The translations under genes and the position numbers were made by a program. 64,000 bases of DNA from a virus (taxonomy: Duplodnaviria > Caudoviricetes), in the IMG/VR virus record IMGVR_UViG_3300042914_002678. One strand, 5' to 3'. Below are positions 19,445-28,843 of this stretch, piece after piece; the first letter of the stretch is position 1; the number at the start of each line of letters is the position of its first letter. Below the pieces are notes generated by a model, which ran no database searches, was not told where the DNA came from, and worked only from the letters and a program-made list of their open reading frames with translations.

Positions 19445-20626
19445 ATGACTTTTAGTTTTAAAACAAGTTTAGAGGATAGAAAAGTGATCAATCAAATGAC
19501 AGTTTTCAACTCCGAAGAAGTTGATACTAAGAAACAACCAATGTTTTTTGGTCAACCGCTTGGAATTCAGAGATATGATTCTTATAAGTATCCAATCTTT
19601 GATAAACTCACAACACAGCAATTAGGATATTTCTGGAGACCTGAGGAGGTCTCCCTCCAAAAGGATCGTGGAGATTATCAATCCCTTCGCCCCGAACAAA
19701 AACACATTTTTACCAGCAACCTGAAGTATCAGGTGATGCTGGACTCTGTTCAGGGTCGCGGACCTGGTATGGCATTTGCACCATACTGTTCACTTCCCGA
19801 ACTGGAGGCGTGTATGAAGGTTTGGGAGTTTATGGAGATGATCCACTCCCGCTCATACACCTATATTATCAAGAATGTCTATTCAGATCCATCTGAAGTT
19901 TTTGATACGATTTTAAAAGAGGATCGTATTATGGAACGTGCTGTCAGTGTAACTGAGGCATATAATGACTTCATTAATAGTGCTCAACATTATGGGACTT
20001 CTGAACTTTGGAAACATGCCCAAGAACAAGTTCCCTACGCCCAGGCAGAAAGGTATGAACTCAAACGAAAACTTTTCAGAGCAGTTGCAAACGTTAATAT
20101 TCTTGAAGGTATTCGCTTTTATGTCAGTTTCGCTTGCAGTTTTGCATTTGGCGAACTCAAACTTATGGAAGGAAGTGCAAAAATCATCTCACTAATTGCT
20201 AGAGATGAAAATCAGCACCTTGTCATCACTCAAAACATTCTTAACAAGTGGAAGGAAGGTGATGATCCTGATATGAAGAAAATCTCACAAGAAGAAGAGC
20301 AATGGGTCTACAAGACCTTTGAGAACGCTGTCAATCAAGAAAAACTTTGGGCAGAGTATCTGTTCAAGGATGGATCTATGATTGGTTTGAATGACAAACT
20401 GTTACAGCAGTATGTTGAATGGATTGCTAATCGTAGAATGAAGGCGATTGGTCTTCGCCCACTTTATGATATTCCTGCTAAGAATAATCCACTTCCTTGG
20501 ACTGAGCATTGGATTTCTTCTAAGGGACTTCAAGTGGCACCCCAGGAAACGGAAGTTGAATCATACATAGTAGGTGGGATTAAACAAGATGTTACCAAAG
20601 ATACTTTCTCAGGATTCCAATTATGA
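19445..20626 (+). CDS. nrdB: Ribonucleotide reductase class Ia beta subunit
   Basis: FWRPEE, EMIHSRSY, LEGIRFYVSF, RDENQH, APQETE. Confidence 0.99.
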   Translation: MTFSFKTSLEDRKVINQMTVFNSEEVDTKKQPMFFGQPLGIQRYDSYKYPIFDKLTTQQLGYFWRPEEVSLQKDRGDYQSLRPEQKHIFTSNLKYQVMLDSVQGRGPGMAFAPYCSLPELEACMKVWEFMEMIHSRSYTYIIKNVYSDPSEVFDTILKEDRIMERAVSVTEAYNDFINSAQHYGTSELWKHAQEQVPYAQAERYELKRKLFRAVANVNILEGIRFYVSFACSFAFGELKLMEGSAKIISLIARDENQHLVITQNILNKWKEGDDPDMKKISQEEEQWVYKTFENAVNQEKLWAEYLFKDGSMIGLNDKLLQQYVEWIANRRMKAIGLRPLYDIPAKNNPLPWTEHWISSKGLQVAPQETEVESYIVGGIKQDVTKDTFSGFQL

Positions 20627-20750
20627 TGAATGGGTGGAACAAGATATCATAAACGCATATAAGAATGCAGCAGAAGCAGATGAATTTCTGTTTGGTGATT
20701 ATGACTATGAGACAGAATGGTTAGGTAAAAAAACTGATGATGTAAACTGA
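20589..20750 (+). CDS. Small acidic hypothetical protein overlapping the nrdB end (53 aa, not in ORF track)
   Basis: MLPKILSQDSNYDEWVEQDIINAYKNAAEADEFLFGDYDY...; ends at the terminator. Confidence 0.5.
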   Translation: MLPKILSQDSNYDEWVEQDIINAYKNAAEADEFLFGDYDYETEWLGKKTDDVN

Positions 20751-20772
20751 GGGTCTTCGGACCCTCTTTTTT
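20749..20772 (+). terminator. Terminator with UUCG tetraloop
   Basis: GAGGGTC-TTCG-GACCCTC plus T run. Confidence 0.9.
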
Positions 20773-20780
20773 TATAAATA
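20773..20780 (+). promoter_or_regulatory. T4-type late promoter
   Basis: TATAAATA. Confidence 0.75.
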
Positions 20781-20810
20781 TTCGTAGGAATCTCTATAAG
20801 TATAAAGAAA

Positions 20811-22295
20811 ATGCTCCCATCTGATATCAAAGATTTGTACAAATCATATCAATCAATTTATCAGCAAGAAGACGATGATATTTCTTCTGAAATGATTGAA
20901 GAGATTGTTGAAGAACTAGTAGAAGAATGTTTAGAGTTTGGATATACTCTCGATGAAGCAACTAATGCCATTCAAGAAGCGGCAGAAATCTATTTTGATG
21001 CCGAAGAACTTGAAGAAGCAAAAGTAACTTACGGTAGCGATACTGAGAGTCCAGAAGAAAGAACTGCAAGAGCAAAAGAAAGACTTGGTGGAAGAAAAGC
21101 AACAGCACGTAAGGCAGCGGTAAAAGGCGCTGTAGAGCGTGTTAAAACAAAGGCAAAGGGCATTAAGGCAGGTGTTGAAATTGCAGGTTCAATCGCCAAG
21201 GATGAGGCAAGAAGAGCAGGACGTGGCGCTCTTCATGCAGTTGGCAAAGCTGCTAGTGCTGTTGCAAGTGCTCCTGGCAAGGCAGTTACAGCGGTCACAG
21301 ACGCTGCTAGAGCGAAGAAGGCAGAAGTTAAGCAGGGTGTTAAGAGCCTGCTTGGAAGGGGTCTCCGTAAGGCAGCAGGCGCTGCTGGTGTAGTTGCCCA
21401 GAAGGCACGTAAAGCAGGTGCTGCTGCTGGTAGAGCTGCTGAAAGACTTGGTGAATCTTCAATTAATGAAGAGCCATCTCTTGGTAATATAAAAGCAACG
21501 ATGGCGACACAGAGATCTGCACAAAATGCCGCAGGGATGAGAGGACCTGAATTAACTCATGGTGCAAAACCAGCATCTACTGGATCTCCAAAAGCAGCAG
21601 GATCTGCAACATCAGGTTCTGCTGTAACTCAACCAAGAAGCAGAGAGTTCTCTCATGGCACTAAACCATTAAAATCAGTTGTAAAGGGTGGGCTTACAAT
21701 GTCTTATGAACCAGAAGGTGAAAATGTTGATGAAAATGTTGGTGGGTCAGTAAAAATGAAACCAGGTTCTGGACTGGGTGGCGGAACTCCAGTTTATCCA
21801 AAAGGACAAGAACCAAAAGCAACTGGCGCCAAATTGCCAAGTCTTCAAAATGCACATTATGAATATAGTGAAAATGATATCTATGATTTAGTTATGGAAT
21901 ACTTGCTTGATACTGAGCAGGCTGAAACAATTTCCGAAGCTCAATATATTATGTCACAAATGGATGTCGAAATGATTACTAATATCGTAGAAGAAACAAC
22001 GACTGAAAAACTTGCAAGAAGAGCAAGTGAAAAAGCAGAAGAACCAGGGGCAAAAACAACTTATAAGCCTCAAGGTCCTGGATTCAAAAATCCAAGATCA
22101 AAAGCATCAATCATGAATCAAATTGCAGGAAGAGCAAAATCTAGAACAGAGCACGGTGTAGATTCACAATATGGTGAGGGAACTCCTCAACATAGTGAGC
22201 AACCAAGACGTGGTGGAAGGGCTGGTAGAGGGTCTAAAACTGATAGACCAGGAACTGCAAATATGCCAAATCCAAATAGAAAACCAAAAAATTGA
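20811..22295 (+). CDS. Modular low-complexity protein, probable internal head protein
   Basis: Acidic helical modules alternating with Ala/Lys/Gly-rich segments; MSYEPEGE motif; late promoter. Confidence 0.75.
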   Translation: MLPSDIKDLYKSYQSIYQQEDDDISSEMIEEIVEELVEECLEFGYTLDEATNAIQEAAEIYFDAEELEEAKVTYGSDTESPEERTARAKERLGGRKATARKAAVKGAVERVKTKAKGIKAGVEIAGSIAKDEARRAGRGALHAVGKAASAVASAPGKAVTAVTDAARAKKAEVKQGVKSLLGRGLRKAAGAAGVVAQKARKAGAAAGRAAERLGESSINEEPSLGNIKATMATQRSAQNAAGMRGPELTHGAKPASTGSPKAAGSATSGSAVTQPRSREFSHGTKPLKSVVKGGLTMSYEPEGENVDENVGGSVKMKPGSGLGGGTPVYPKGQEPKATGAKLPSLQNAHYEYSENDIYDLVMEYLLDTEQAETISEAQYIMSQMDVEMITNIVEETTTEKLARRASEKAEEPGAKTTYKPQGPGFKNPRSKASIMNQIAGRAKSRTEHGVDSQYGEGTPQHSEQPRRGGRAGRGSKTDRPGTANMPNPNRKPKN

Positions 22296-22312
22296 TTTTA
22301 ATTTGCATATTA

Positions 22313-22337
22313 GGGAGGGCAATTTCTCCCTTTTTTA
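22313..22337. terminator. Terminator between convergent genes
   Basis: AGGGAG/CTCCCT stem plus T run. Confidence 0.7.
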
Positions 22338-22670
22338 TTATCTAGTTATTGCCTTTTTAACAAATACTTCCCCTTCAACTGCTCTCGTTTTAATACCTGA
22401 TTTTATCAATACTAAGTCGTATTGATAGACTCCAGGTTTTATTTGTGATGTTTGTGTTGCTGCCAATGCTACTTTAACTTCTCCAGTTTCTTGATTCGGA
22501 AAAGAAACAGTAAATGATACAGAAGAATCGGAATCGCTATTCTTCTTTATTTTTGATGAAGCAGTATATCCAACAAGATTAAGAGGGGAATTATCAACAT
22601 TTGTTAGTTCAAATGTTTGTTCAAAATCTACGTCGGTGTATACTACAAGATTTGATATGTAAATTGCCAT
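22338..22670 (-). CDS. Probable virion (baseplate-associated, Ig-like) protein
   Basis: DFEQTF...PLNLVGYTASSKIKK...F.VSF.N...G.V...L....T..IKPG.Y.YDLVL pattern. Confidence 0.65.
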   Translation of the reverse strand: MAIYISNLVVYTDVDFEQTFELTNVDNSPLNLVGYTASSKIKKNSDSDSSVSFTVSFPNQETGEVKVALAATQTSQIKPGVYQYDLVLIKSGIKTRAVEGEVFVKKAITR

Positions 22671-22676
22671 TTTTTC

Positions 22677-23018
22677 TTATGCGGTGATTCCAGATCTTAC
22701 AAAAATCATACCTTCCATAATTACAGATTTTTTTCCAGTTGTATTATTTTTGAGGACAACATCATAGACATATCTTCCTTCTTTAATATTTGTTGTTATA
22801 GTAGATCCCAAAGATAATGTTAACTCTCCAGCGGATGGGTTGCTAAAACTTATTCCAAACCCAGCGACAATATTTCTAGATTCCGGATGTTTTCTAATAT
22901 ATGAAGAAGCTGCATATCCAGACAAAACTATTGGCACATCTGAAGTTGATTCAAAATTCAAATTTTGTGAAAAATCAACACCTTGATTAATTACAAAATT
23001 TCTGACGTAAACTGTCAT
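22677..23018 (-). CDS. Paralog of the adjacent minus-strand gene
   Basis: Same pattern (DFSQ...LSGYAASSYIRKH...GELTLSL...GRYVYDVVL). Confidence 0.65.
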   Translation of the reverse strand: MTVYVRNFVINQGVDFSQNLNFESTSDVPIVLSGYAASSYIRKHPESRNIVAGFGISFSNPSAGELTLSLGSTITTNIKEGRYVYDVVLKNNTTGKKSVIMEGMIFVRSGITA

Positions 23019-23052
23019 TATTATAAGTCTTTATTAGATATTTATCAAGGGC

Positions 23053-23082
23053 TTGACAAAACCATTGGAATATACCTAGAAT
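23053..23082 (+). promoter_or_regulatory. Sigma70-like promoter
   Basis: TTGACA-18 nt-TAGAAT. Confidence 0.6.
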
Positions 23083-23129
23083 AGGTTTGTCTCCTTTGAA
23101 GATAAATAATAGCTCTATAAGATTATGAT

Positions 23130-23579
23130 ATGAGCTATGAGAATCCTTGGTTGTATAAAAGCCAAGTTTTTGAGACTGATAATATTGGGGATTACTTTGG
23201 TTTTGTTTATTTGATTACCAATAAGACCACCGGTAAAAAATATATTGGAAGAAAGTATCTGTGGTCTTATAGAACTCCTCCAGGAAAAAAGAGAAGAATA
23301 AAACAAGAATCAGATTGGAAAAAGTATTATGGTTCTTGTCCGGAATTAAAAGAAGATATTAAAAAGTATGGAAAAGAGATCTTCAGTAGAGAAATATTAA
23401 GTCTTCATAACACAAAAGGTGACTGTAACTATGAAGAAACAAAACAACTTTTCCTAAATAATGTGTTGAAAGAGTCTCTTGACGATGGGGGACCAGCGTA
23501 CTACAATAGCAATATTCTAGGTCGCTACATGCGAAAAGATTATGGCAACTTTGGAACAAACTCTTCGGAATACACATGA
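23130..23579 (+). CDS. GIY-YIG endonuclease, short form (probably a resident gene)
   Basis: FGFVYLITNKTTGKKYIGRK...ESDWKKYYGS motif. Confidence 0.85.
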   Translation: MSYENPWLYKSQVFETDNIGDYFGFVYLITNKTTGKKYIGRKYLWSYRTPPGKKRRIKQESDWKKYYGSCPELKEDIKKYGKEIFSREILSLHNTKGDCNYEETKQLFLNNVLKESLDDGGPAYYNSNILGRYMRKDYGNFGTNSSEYT

Positions 23580-23739
23580 TTGGGCAATTGATCGTATTCA
23601 TACTTTATCTGAAAAAGATATTGAAAATGCCCATGCGATTCAATCTGAGTTTAGTGAATGGTTGAATCCGAATATTTCAGATCATGATATCTATTCATTA
23701 GAGTACTTAGGAGAGAATGATGACCTTAGATCTTCATAA
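23542..23739 (+). CDS. Hypothetical protein
   Basis: ORF overlapping both neighbours. Confidence 0.6.
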   Translation: MATLEQTLRNTHDWAIDRIHTLSEKDIENAHAIQSEFSEWLNPNISDHDIYSLEYLGENDDLRSS

Positions 23740-24391
23740 CTTTTTCAAATTTTACGACGATAATAATTCAAATCATGTAGCAGCAGTTCAGTGGTTAGAA
23801 GACAATCTTCCTGCTCAATTCCTTGATGATTCAGAAGCAGATTGGATTGGAATTTTTAGAACTAAGCCACCTACACCAGCAGTTCTGAATGTTCCTTACT
23901 TCAATCAAGTAGACAATTACAGAGATGCACAAAGAACTTGTAACAGTTCGTCATGTGCTATGTGCCTTGCTTTCCTCAAGCCAGGAAGCATTAAAGGTGA
24001 TGACGAGTATGTTAAGAAAGTATTTGCAATTGGCGATACTACTGACCATGCGGTACAAACGAAAGTTCTCGCAGGTTATGGAATTAAGTCACACTTTAGT
24101 TACAATCTTTCTTTTGCTGACATTGATAAGAGTCTTGATGCTGGGAAACCTGTTGTTATTGGTATCTTGCACAGGGGTTCTTTATCTGCACCTACTGGTG
24201 GGCACATGTGTGTTGTAATTGGTAAGACTCCAGATGGTAAAGGATATTATATCAATGACCCCTATGGTTCATTGAACGATAACTATACTGGTCCAGTTAC
24301 AAACGGTAAGAAGACTATTTACACAAAAGCAGTTCTTAAGCATCGTTGGTGCCCAGGAGGTAACGATGGATGGGGCAGAATCTTCGATTAA
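23717..24391 (+). CDS. C39-like cysteine peptidase with N-terminal module shared with the lysozyme
   Basis: VPYFNQ...TCNSSSCAM catalytic Cys, GGHMCVV His, INDPYG Asp. Confidence 0.85.
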   Translation: MMTLDLHNFFKFYDDNNSNHVAAVQWLEDNLPAQFLDDSEADWIGIFRTKPPTPAVLNVPYFNQVDNYRDAQRTCNSSSCAMCLAFLKPGSIKGDDEYVKKVFAIGDTTDHAVQTKVLAGYGIKSHFSYNLSFADIDKSLDAGKPVVIGILHRGSLSAPTGGHMCVVIGKTPDGKGYYINDPYGSLNDNYTGPVTNGKKTIYTKAVLKHRWCPGGNDGWGRIFD

Positions 24392-24489
24392 TTTTAAAAG
24401 AAAGATGCTTAAAGTGATCAAAGATCTTACAAATAATGGTAGGCACCTAGAAGCAAACGAACTTTATCAACGGTATTTCGGAGACAACA

Positions 24490-25161
24490 ATGGCAAGAAT
24501 CGATCTACATAACTTCTTCAAGTTTTATGACGAGAAGAACCCTAACCACGTCAAAGCAGTTCAGTGGTTGGAAGATAACCTCCCAGTCAAGTATCTAGAA
24601 GATAATATTGATTGGGCGGAGATTTATAGGGGAAAAAAGGGTAATGCGGCACCAGCATCAGCACCAACTGCTGCCGCTACTGTAGCAGGTGGTGATGATA
24701 TGCCTATGATGGGTCTAAAACTCATCAAAGAGTTTGAAGGATGTCATTTAAATGCATATCCTGATCCTCTCACAGGTGGACTTCCAATCACAATTGGTTG
24801 GGGTTCAACCCGTAAGAAGGATGGATCTCACTTTAAACTTGGTGATACTTTGACTCAACAAGAAGCAGATTCACTTCTTATTGAACAGTGTAAGAATGAA
24901 TTTCTTCCTGCACTTCGCAAAATCCCACACTGGAATGAAATGTCTGATGGAAAAAGAGGCGCTCTGCTCAGCTTTGCTTATAATCTTGGTGCCGGTTTTT
25001 ACGGTGGTGATAACTTTAATACTATTACTAAACGCCTGAAGAATAAAGAGTGGGATATGGTTCCTGATGCGCTTTATCTTTACAGAAATCCTGGTTCAAA
25101 TGTAGAAGCAGGTCTTGCTCGTAGAAGAAAAGCAGAAGGTGAAGCTTGGAAAAAAAGTTAA
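24490..25161 (+). CDS. Phage lysozyme (GH24), probable endolysin
   Basis: IKEFEG...AYPD...TIGWG catalytic pattern; ALLSFAYNLG; GLARRRKAE. Confidence 0.92.
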   Translation: MARIDLHNFFKFYDEKNPNHVKAVQWLEDNLPVKYLEDNIDWAEIYRGKKGNAAPASAPTAAATVAGGDDMPMMGLKLIKEFEGCHLNAYPDPLTGGLPITIGWGSTRKKDGSHFKLGDTLTQQEADSLLIEQCKNEFLPALRKIPHWNEMSDGKRGALLSFAYNLGAGFYGGDNFNTITKRLKNKEWDMVPDALYLYRNPGSNVEAGLARRRKAEGEAWKKS

Positions 25162-25180
25162 CTTCACACACTAAACTACA

Positions 25181-25522
25181 ATGACTAACAAGAAAAACGA
25201 AAATGCTATGGGACAATTAATTCGTATATGTATTTTGGGTTGGTCTGCTGCTCTTCTGACTGCAAGTTATGCTGGTACTCTATCTAAGATGGACCCAACA
25301 TTTATTGCAACAGTTTTCACTGCATCTGCCGCCACTTTTGGTATTAATACTATGAAGAAAGGTGGAGATGAAGAAGACGAAAAGAAAGGAGAACCAAAAA
25401 GAGAAGAGTTTGTAGAAGCACCTCCAGAACCACCAGCACCTGAAGTAACCACTTCAGAGCAATCTCTTGAAGAAAGAGTAGAAGTTCTTGAAGGTCAAGT
25501 TCAACCACGTACAGGAGCATAA
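25181..25522 (+). CDS. Two-TM membrane protein next to the lysozyme (holin candidate)
   Basis: Two hydrophobic segments and a charged C-terminal tail. Confidence 0.55.
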   Translation: MTNKKNENAMGQLIRICILGWSAALLTASYAGTLSKMDPTFIATVFTASAATFGINTMKKGGDEEDEKKGEPKREEFVEAPPEPPAPEVTTSEQSLEERVEVLEGQVQPRTGA

Positions 25523-25638
25523 TGGCAAAGTCAGCAAACAAAGCTAAGAAAGGTGGAGCAGGTTCTGCTAATAATAAAAAGCAGAACTCTGGAAACGCCA
25601 ATGCCAATAAAGCAAAAAATGGAGGCAAGAAAAAATAA
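25522..25638 (+). CDS. Small basic Lys/Asn-rich protein (38 aa, not in ORF track)
   Basis: MAKSANKAKKGGAGSANNKKQNSGNANANKAKNGGKKK; TAATG-coupled, GGAG SD. Confidence 0.55.
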   Translation: MAKSANKAKKGGAGSANNKKQNSGNANANKAKNGGKKK

Positions 25639-25738
25639 TGTTACTAGAAATTTTAATTGCTGGTAATATTATAATTGGACCTAATTTATGTGCGGTTGAT
25701 TTTATACATAAAGGACAACTTTATACAGTTGAATACAA

Positions 25739-25939
25739 ATGCCAAGAGAATGGAACACTCCAAAGAGGGAGTGTTGGAACGCTCCAATCCACCAAATATT
25801 GAAAGCTATAGATAATCACACCCGTCTTTTTATGGAGACGGGTGATTTTTGGCATGAAGAACAGGCCCAGATCTTGAGAAAGTATGTAAAAGATTTGAAA
25901 GTCTGGATTCATAAACAAGAAGGATGGTGGGATGAATGA
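25739..25939 (+). CDS. Hypothetical protein
   Basis: ORF coupled (ATGA) to the next gene. Confidence 0.65.
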   Translation: MPREWNTPKRECWNAPIHQILKAIDNHTRLFMETGDFWHEEQAQILRKYVKDLKVWIHKQEGWWDE

Positions 25940-26682
25940 AAAAAATCCTAGCAACAATTGGTTTATCATTAACTTTAGTTGGTCCAGTATATGCTGATAA
26001 GTTGTTAAGAACACAACCAACAGTAAGACCTTATAGTGCAGAGGCAATGGGTTGTATGATTCTTTTGGAATGTACTGAAGGTGTAGAAAAACTTTCAGTG
26101 GATTCTGAATTACTAAAAAAACCAGACTTTGATCCATTCAGAGAGGAATTGAAAAGGATTATTATCGCTCTTGATAGTGTAAATGTTCCAGTTTATGTTG
26201 CACCAGAAAGATATTTTACTCCAAGGACAGTAGGATTGTATAAACCAAACTACAACCGTTTCTTTGTTAATGAAACTCTTCTTAAAGATCCAAGAGAGTT
26301 TTTAGGAACACTGAGACACGAAGGATGGCATGTTGTTCAGGATTGTATGGGTGGTGGATTGCAAACATCCTTTATGGCTCAAGTGCATCAGGATAGTGAA
26401 ATTCCTGCTTGGATTATGAAAAATACTAGATTAACTTATGAGTCAATGATGCAAAGTCGTGCTATTCCTTGGGAGGCAGACGCAAACTGGGCAGAAGAAC
26501 AATCGAATGTAACTGCTGAAAAGATAGAAATGTGCGCCAAGGGTCCTTTATGGGATCAAATTCGCCCAACACCAATGACTATGGATTGGTTGATTGGGTG
26601 TGGATATATGAAACCACAGGAAGGAAAGTATCCATACTATCCAAATAAAAGAGTAGAGTATTGTACTGAAGGTAAGTATTGA
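25936..26682 (+). CDS. Secreted putative zinc metalloprotease
   Basis: Signal peptide; LRHEGWHVVQD (HExxH) and downstream EADA. Confidence 0.65.
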   Translation: MKKILATIGLSLTLVGPVYADKLLRTQPTVRPYSAEAMGCMILLECTEGVEKLSVDSELLKKPDFDPFREELKRIIIALDSVNVPVYVAPERYFTPRTVGLYKPNYNRFFVNETLLKDPREFLGTLRHEGWHVVQDCMGGGLQTSFMAQVHQDSEIPAWIMKNTRLTYESMMQSRAIPWEADANWAEEQSNVTAEKIEMCAKGPLWDQIRPTPMTMDWLIGCGYMKPQEGKYPYYPNKRVEYCTEGKY

Positions 26683-26787
26683 TGGACCAGTTCCCTTGGG
26701 GTGTTGTTATAATATTAGGATGTGGTCTTAGTTTTACTGCATATATCATTTACTACATATTAAAGTTAGCACACGAGGAGATGAAAG

Positions 26788-27000
26788 ATGAAGAATTTAG
26801 CAATCATTCTGTCAGCGACGAGTCTGGCAATTAGTGGAGCACTTTGTTATGGTGCTTATGTGACTTATCAAAAAGCACAGAAGATTCTTGAGAATCCAGA
26901 AGAGTTTGTTGGAAAGGTTGTAGAAAATCAAGTTAATAAGGCATTTGAAAAGTTGCCTATTCCTAAACTAAATACTGAGAAGTTTAAGTTACCTTTCTGA
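26788..27000 (+). CDS. Small membrane-anchored protein
   Basis: N-terminal hydrophobic helix; SD GAGGAG. Confidence 0.65.
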   Translation: MKNLAIILSATSLAISGALCYGAYVTYQKAQKILENPEEFVGKVVENQVNKAFEKLPIPKLNTEKFKLPF

Positions 27001-27410
27001 TGGATAAGGATCCTTACATTTACAGAATTAAGTCTGTAGGAAGAGTAGTAGATGGTGATACTATTGATGCGTCAATAGACTTAGGATTTGATATTGCATT
27101 GGAAAAAAGAATTCGTCTTGCTGGGGTTGATACTCCAGAAAGTAGAACAACCGACCTCAAAGAGAAGGCAATGGGTCTTGAATCAAAAGAATGGTTGAAG
27201 AAAAAACTTGAAGGTGCTAAAGATATTATCATCAAGACAGAACTTCCAGATAGTACAGAGAAGTATGGACGTATTATTGGACATTTGTTTATTAACGGAC
27301 AAGAAACTTCATTGAATAACCAAATGATTATCGAAGGTTATGCTCTCGCATATGACGGGGGAACAAAAGATAAAAACTTTGATGTTCTCAAACAAATCAG
27401 AAATAAATGA
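27000..27410 (+). CDS. Thermonuclease (staphylococcal nuclease-like)
   Basis: RVVDGDTID...IRLAGVDTPE...KYGRIIG. Confidence 0.9.
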   Translation: MDKDPYIYRIKSVGRVVDGDTIDASIDLGFDIALEKRIRLAGVDTPESRTTDLKEKAMGLESKEWLKKKLEGAKDIIIKTELPDSTEKYGRIIGHLFINGQETSLNNQMIIEGYALAYDGGTKDKNFDVLKQIRNK

Positions 27411-27622
27411 TTTACTTTAATATTGTTAGATTGTTTATTATTATTTGGGCAGCACTTATGATTTCTGCTGTAGAATCTGTTGCGATTCGTACAGAAGGGC
27501 AGGTAGAACTTGAAACTACAAGCAGAGATGCATATGCAAAAGTTCTTGTGCTTGCTGTTGGTTCTTTTCTTGGTGATGCTGCTTTCAAACTAAAGAAGAA
27601 AAATGAAACTAGCGATTCTTGA
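27407..27622 (+). CDS. Small membrane protein
   Basis: Two hydrophobic stretches; coupled ORF. Confidence 0.55.
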   Translation: MIYFNIVRLFIIIWAALMISAVESVAIRTEGQVELETTSRDAYAKVLVLAVGSFLGDAAFKLKKKNETSDS

Positions 27623-27836
27623 TTTCTTAATCGTCTTAAGATTGCTCACTAATGATGGTATAATGCTTGAAAATAGAAGACCTATTCCTAAAAGACAACC
27701 ACCAGAAGTGATTCGTTTTGTTAGGAGACCCGCAAAAAGAGGTCGTAAAAAATCGTTACAGTTTGGTACTACTTTGTTAAATAGTAAAGATTTGTTTAAG
27801 GTGTTGCATAATGACACAAGCACCAGCAAAAGATAA
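27603..27836 (+). CDS. Hypothetical basic protein
   Basis: Coupled ORF. Confidence 0.5.
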   Translation: MKLAILDFLIVLRLLTNDGIMLENRRPIPKRQPPEVIRFVRRPAKRGRKKSLQFGTTLLNSKDLFKVLHNDTSTSKR

Positions 27837-27944
27837 GGAAGAAAAGAGGGAAAAAGATAATATTTTTCTTGAAATATTCTATAGTCTTTTAGTTCAACTT
27901 CCCATTATTGTAGTTACTTGGATAATATCAAAATTTGATTGGGA

Positions 27945-28781
27945 TTAAAAGGATAATCGAGCAGATAGTTTTTTAGCAATTTTTTTAGCGGGGGCAAAGA
28001 GAGACTTGAATCTTTCTTTGCCTTCTTTTGTAAATTTGTCTGATATTACGTCGTCGATAATAATTTTATTATCGATTTCATAAAGAGCATTAATTTCCAC
28101 TTGGTCACGAATATATTGTTCTACATTATCAACTTGCTCTACAAGACGAGTTCCTTCTGCCGAATATTCAAAGATATCGATGTGTCCACCTTCTGCCATT
28201 ACATAGTGAAGAACAGGTTTAACATGTTTGATTTTAATTTTAAACTTGTTCTTTGTTGCTTCTTTAATCAATGGTTCCGCAGCATTTTTTAATGCATTAA
28301 GAACTGTTGTGGATGCAATAGTAGCAGCAGTTGTAACTACTGCGACAGCACCAGCCGTAGCAACAAGAGAAGGATCAGGTAAATTAATATCGACTCCATA
28401 AGCAGTGAAACTAGGTTGAGGTTTATTTGCTGGGACTTCTGTAACTGGAGTGGGAACAGGAGTTTGAGTAGGAGGGGTTTGAGCAACCTGAGGCAGTTGA
28501 GGAGGGGGGGTAGTATCAGGTAATCCTCTCTCTTTTGGTTTCTCTTCTTGTGCTTGTTTTTGACGTTCTGCATTTACTGCAGCATCAAACTCTGCTTGAG
28601 TCGGTACATTAATAACTGGATACTTGATTGTAATATTTGGTACATCAACAACAGGAACTTCTAATCCACGAACTACTGGTGCTTCTGTTGATCTAACAAC
28701 TGGGGGATTTATTGTTGGAATGATACTAGGACCAGTAATTCTTATGTTAGTGCTTTGTATCTCAATTGGGTTTATTTCCAT
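27945..28781 (-). CDS. Pro-rich hypothetical protein with central hydrophobic segment
   Basis: Long ORF in the minus-strand block; PDPSLVATAGAVAVVTTAAT. Confidence 0.7.
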   Translation of the reverse strand: MEINPIEIQSTNIRITGPSIIPTINPPVVRSTEAPVVRGLEVPVVDVPNITIKYPVINVPTQAEFDAAVNAERQKQAQEEKPKERGLPDTTPPPQLPQVAQTPPTQTPVPTPVTEVPANKPQPSFTAYGVDINLPDPSLVATAGAVAVVTTAATIASTTVLNALKNAAEPLIKEATKNKFKIKIKHVKPVLHYVMAEGGHIDIFEYSAEGTRLVEQVDNVEQYIRDQVEINALYEIDNKIIIDDVISDKFTKEGKERFKSLFAPAKKIAKKLSARLSF

Positions 28782-28843
28782 ACGTTTTAGTATTCTAATT
28801 AATACTTATTATAAATAATACTGATAATATATTTAAGATAATT

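Noticed and set aside
25721-26137. 138 aa minus-strand ORF
   Set aside because: Overlaps two coupled plus-strand genes; no motif.
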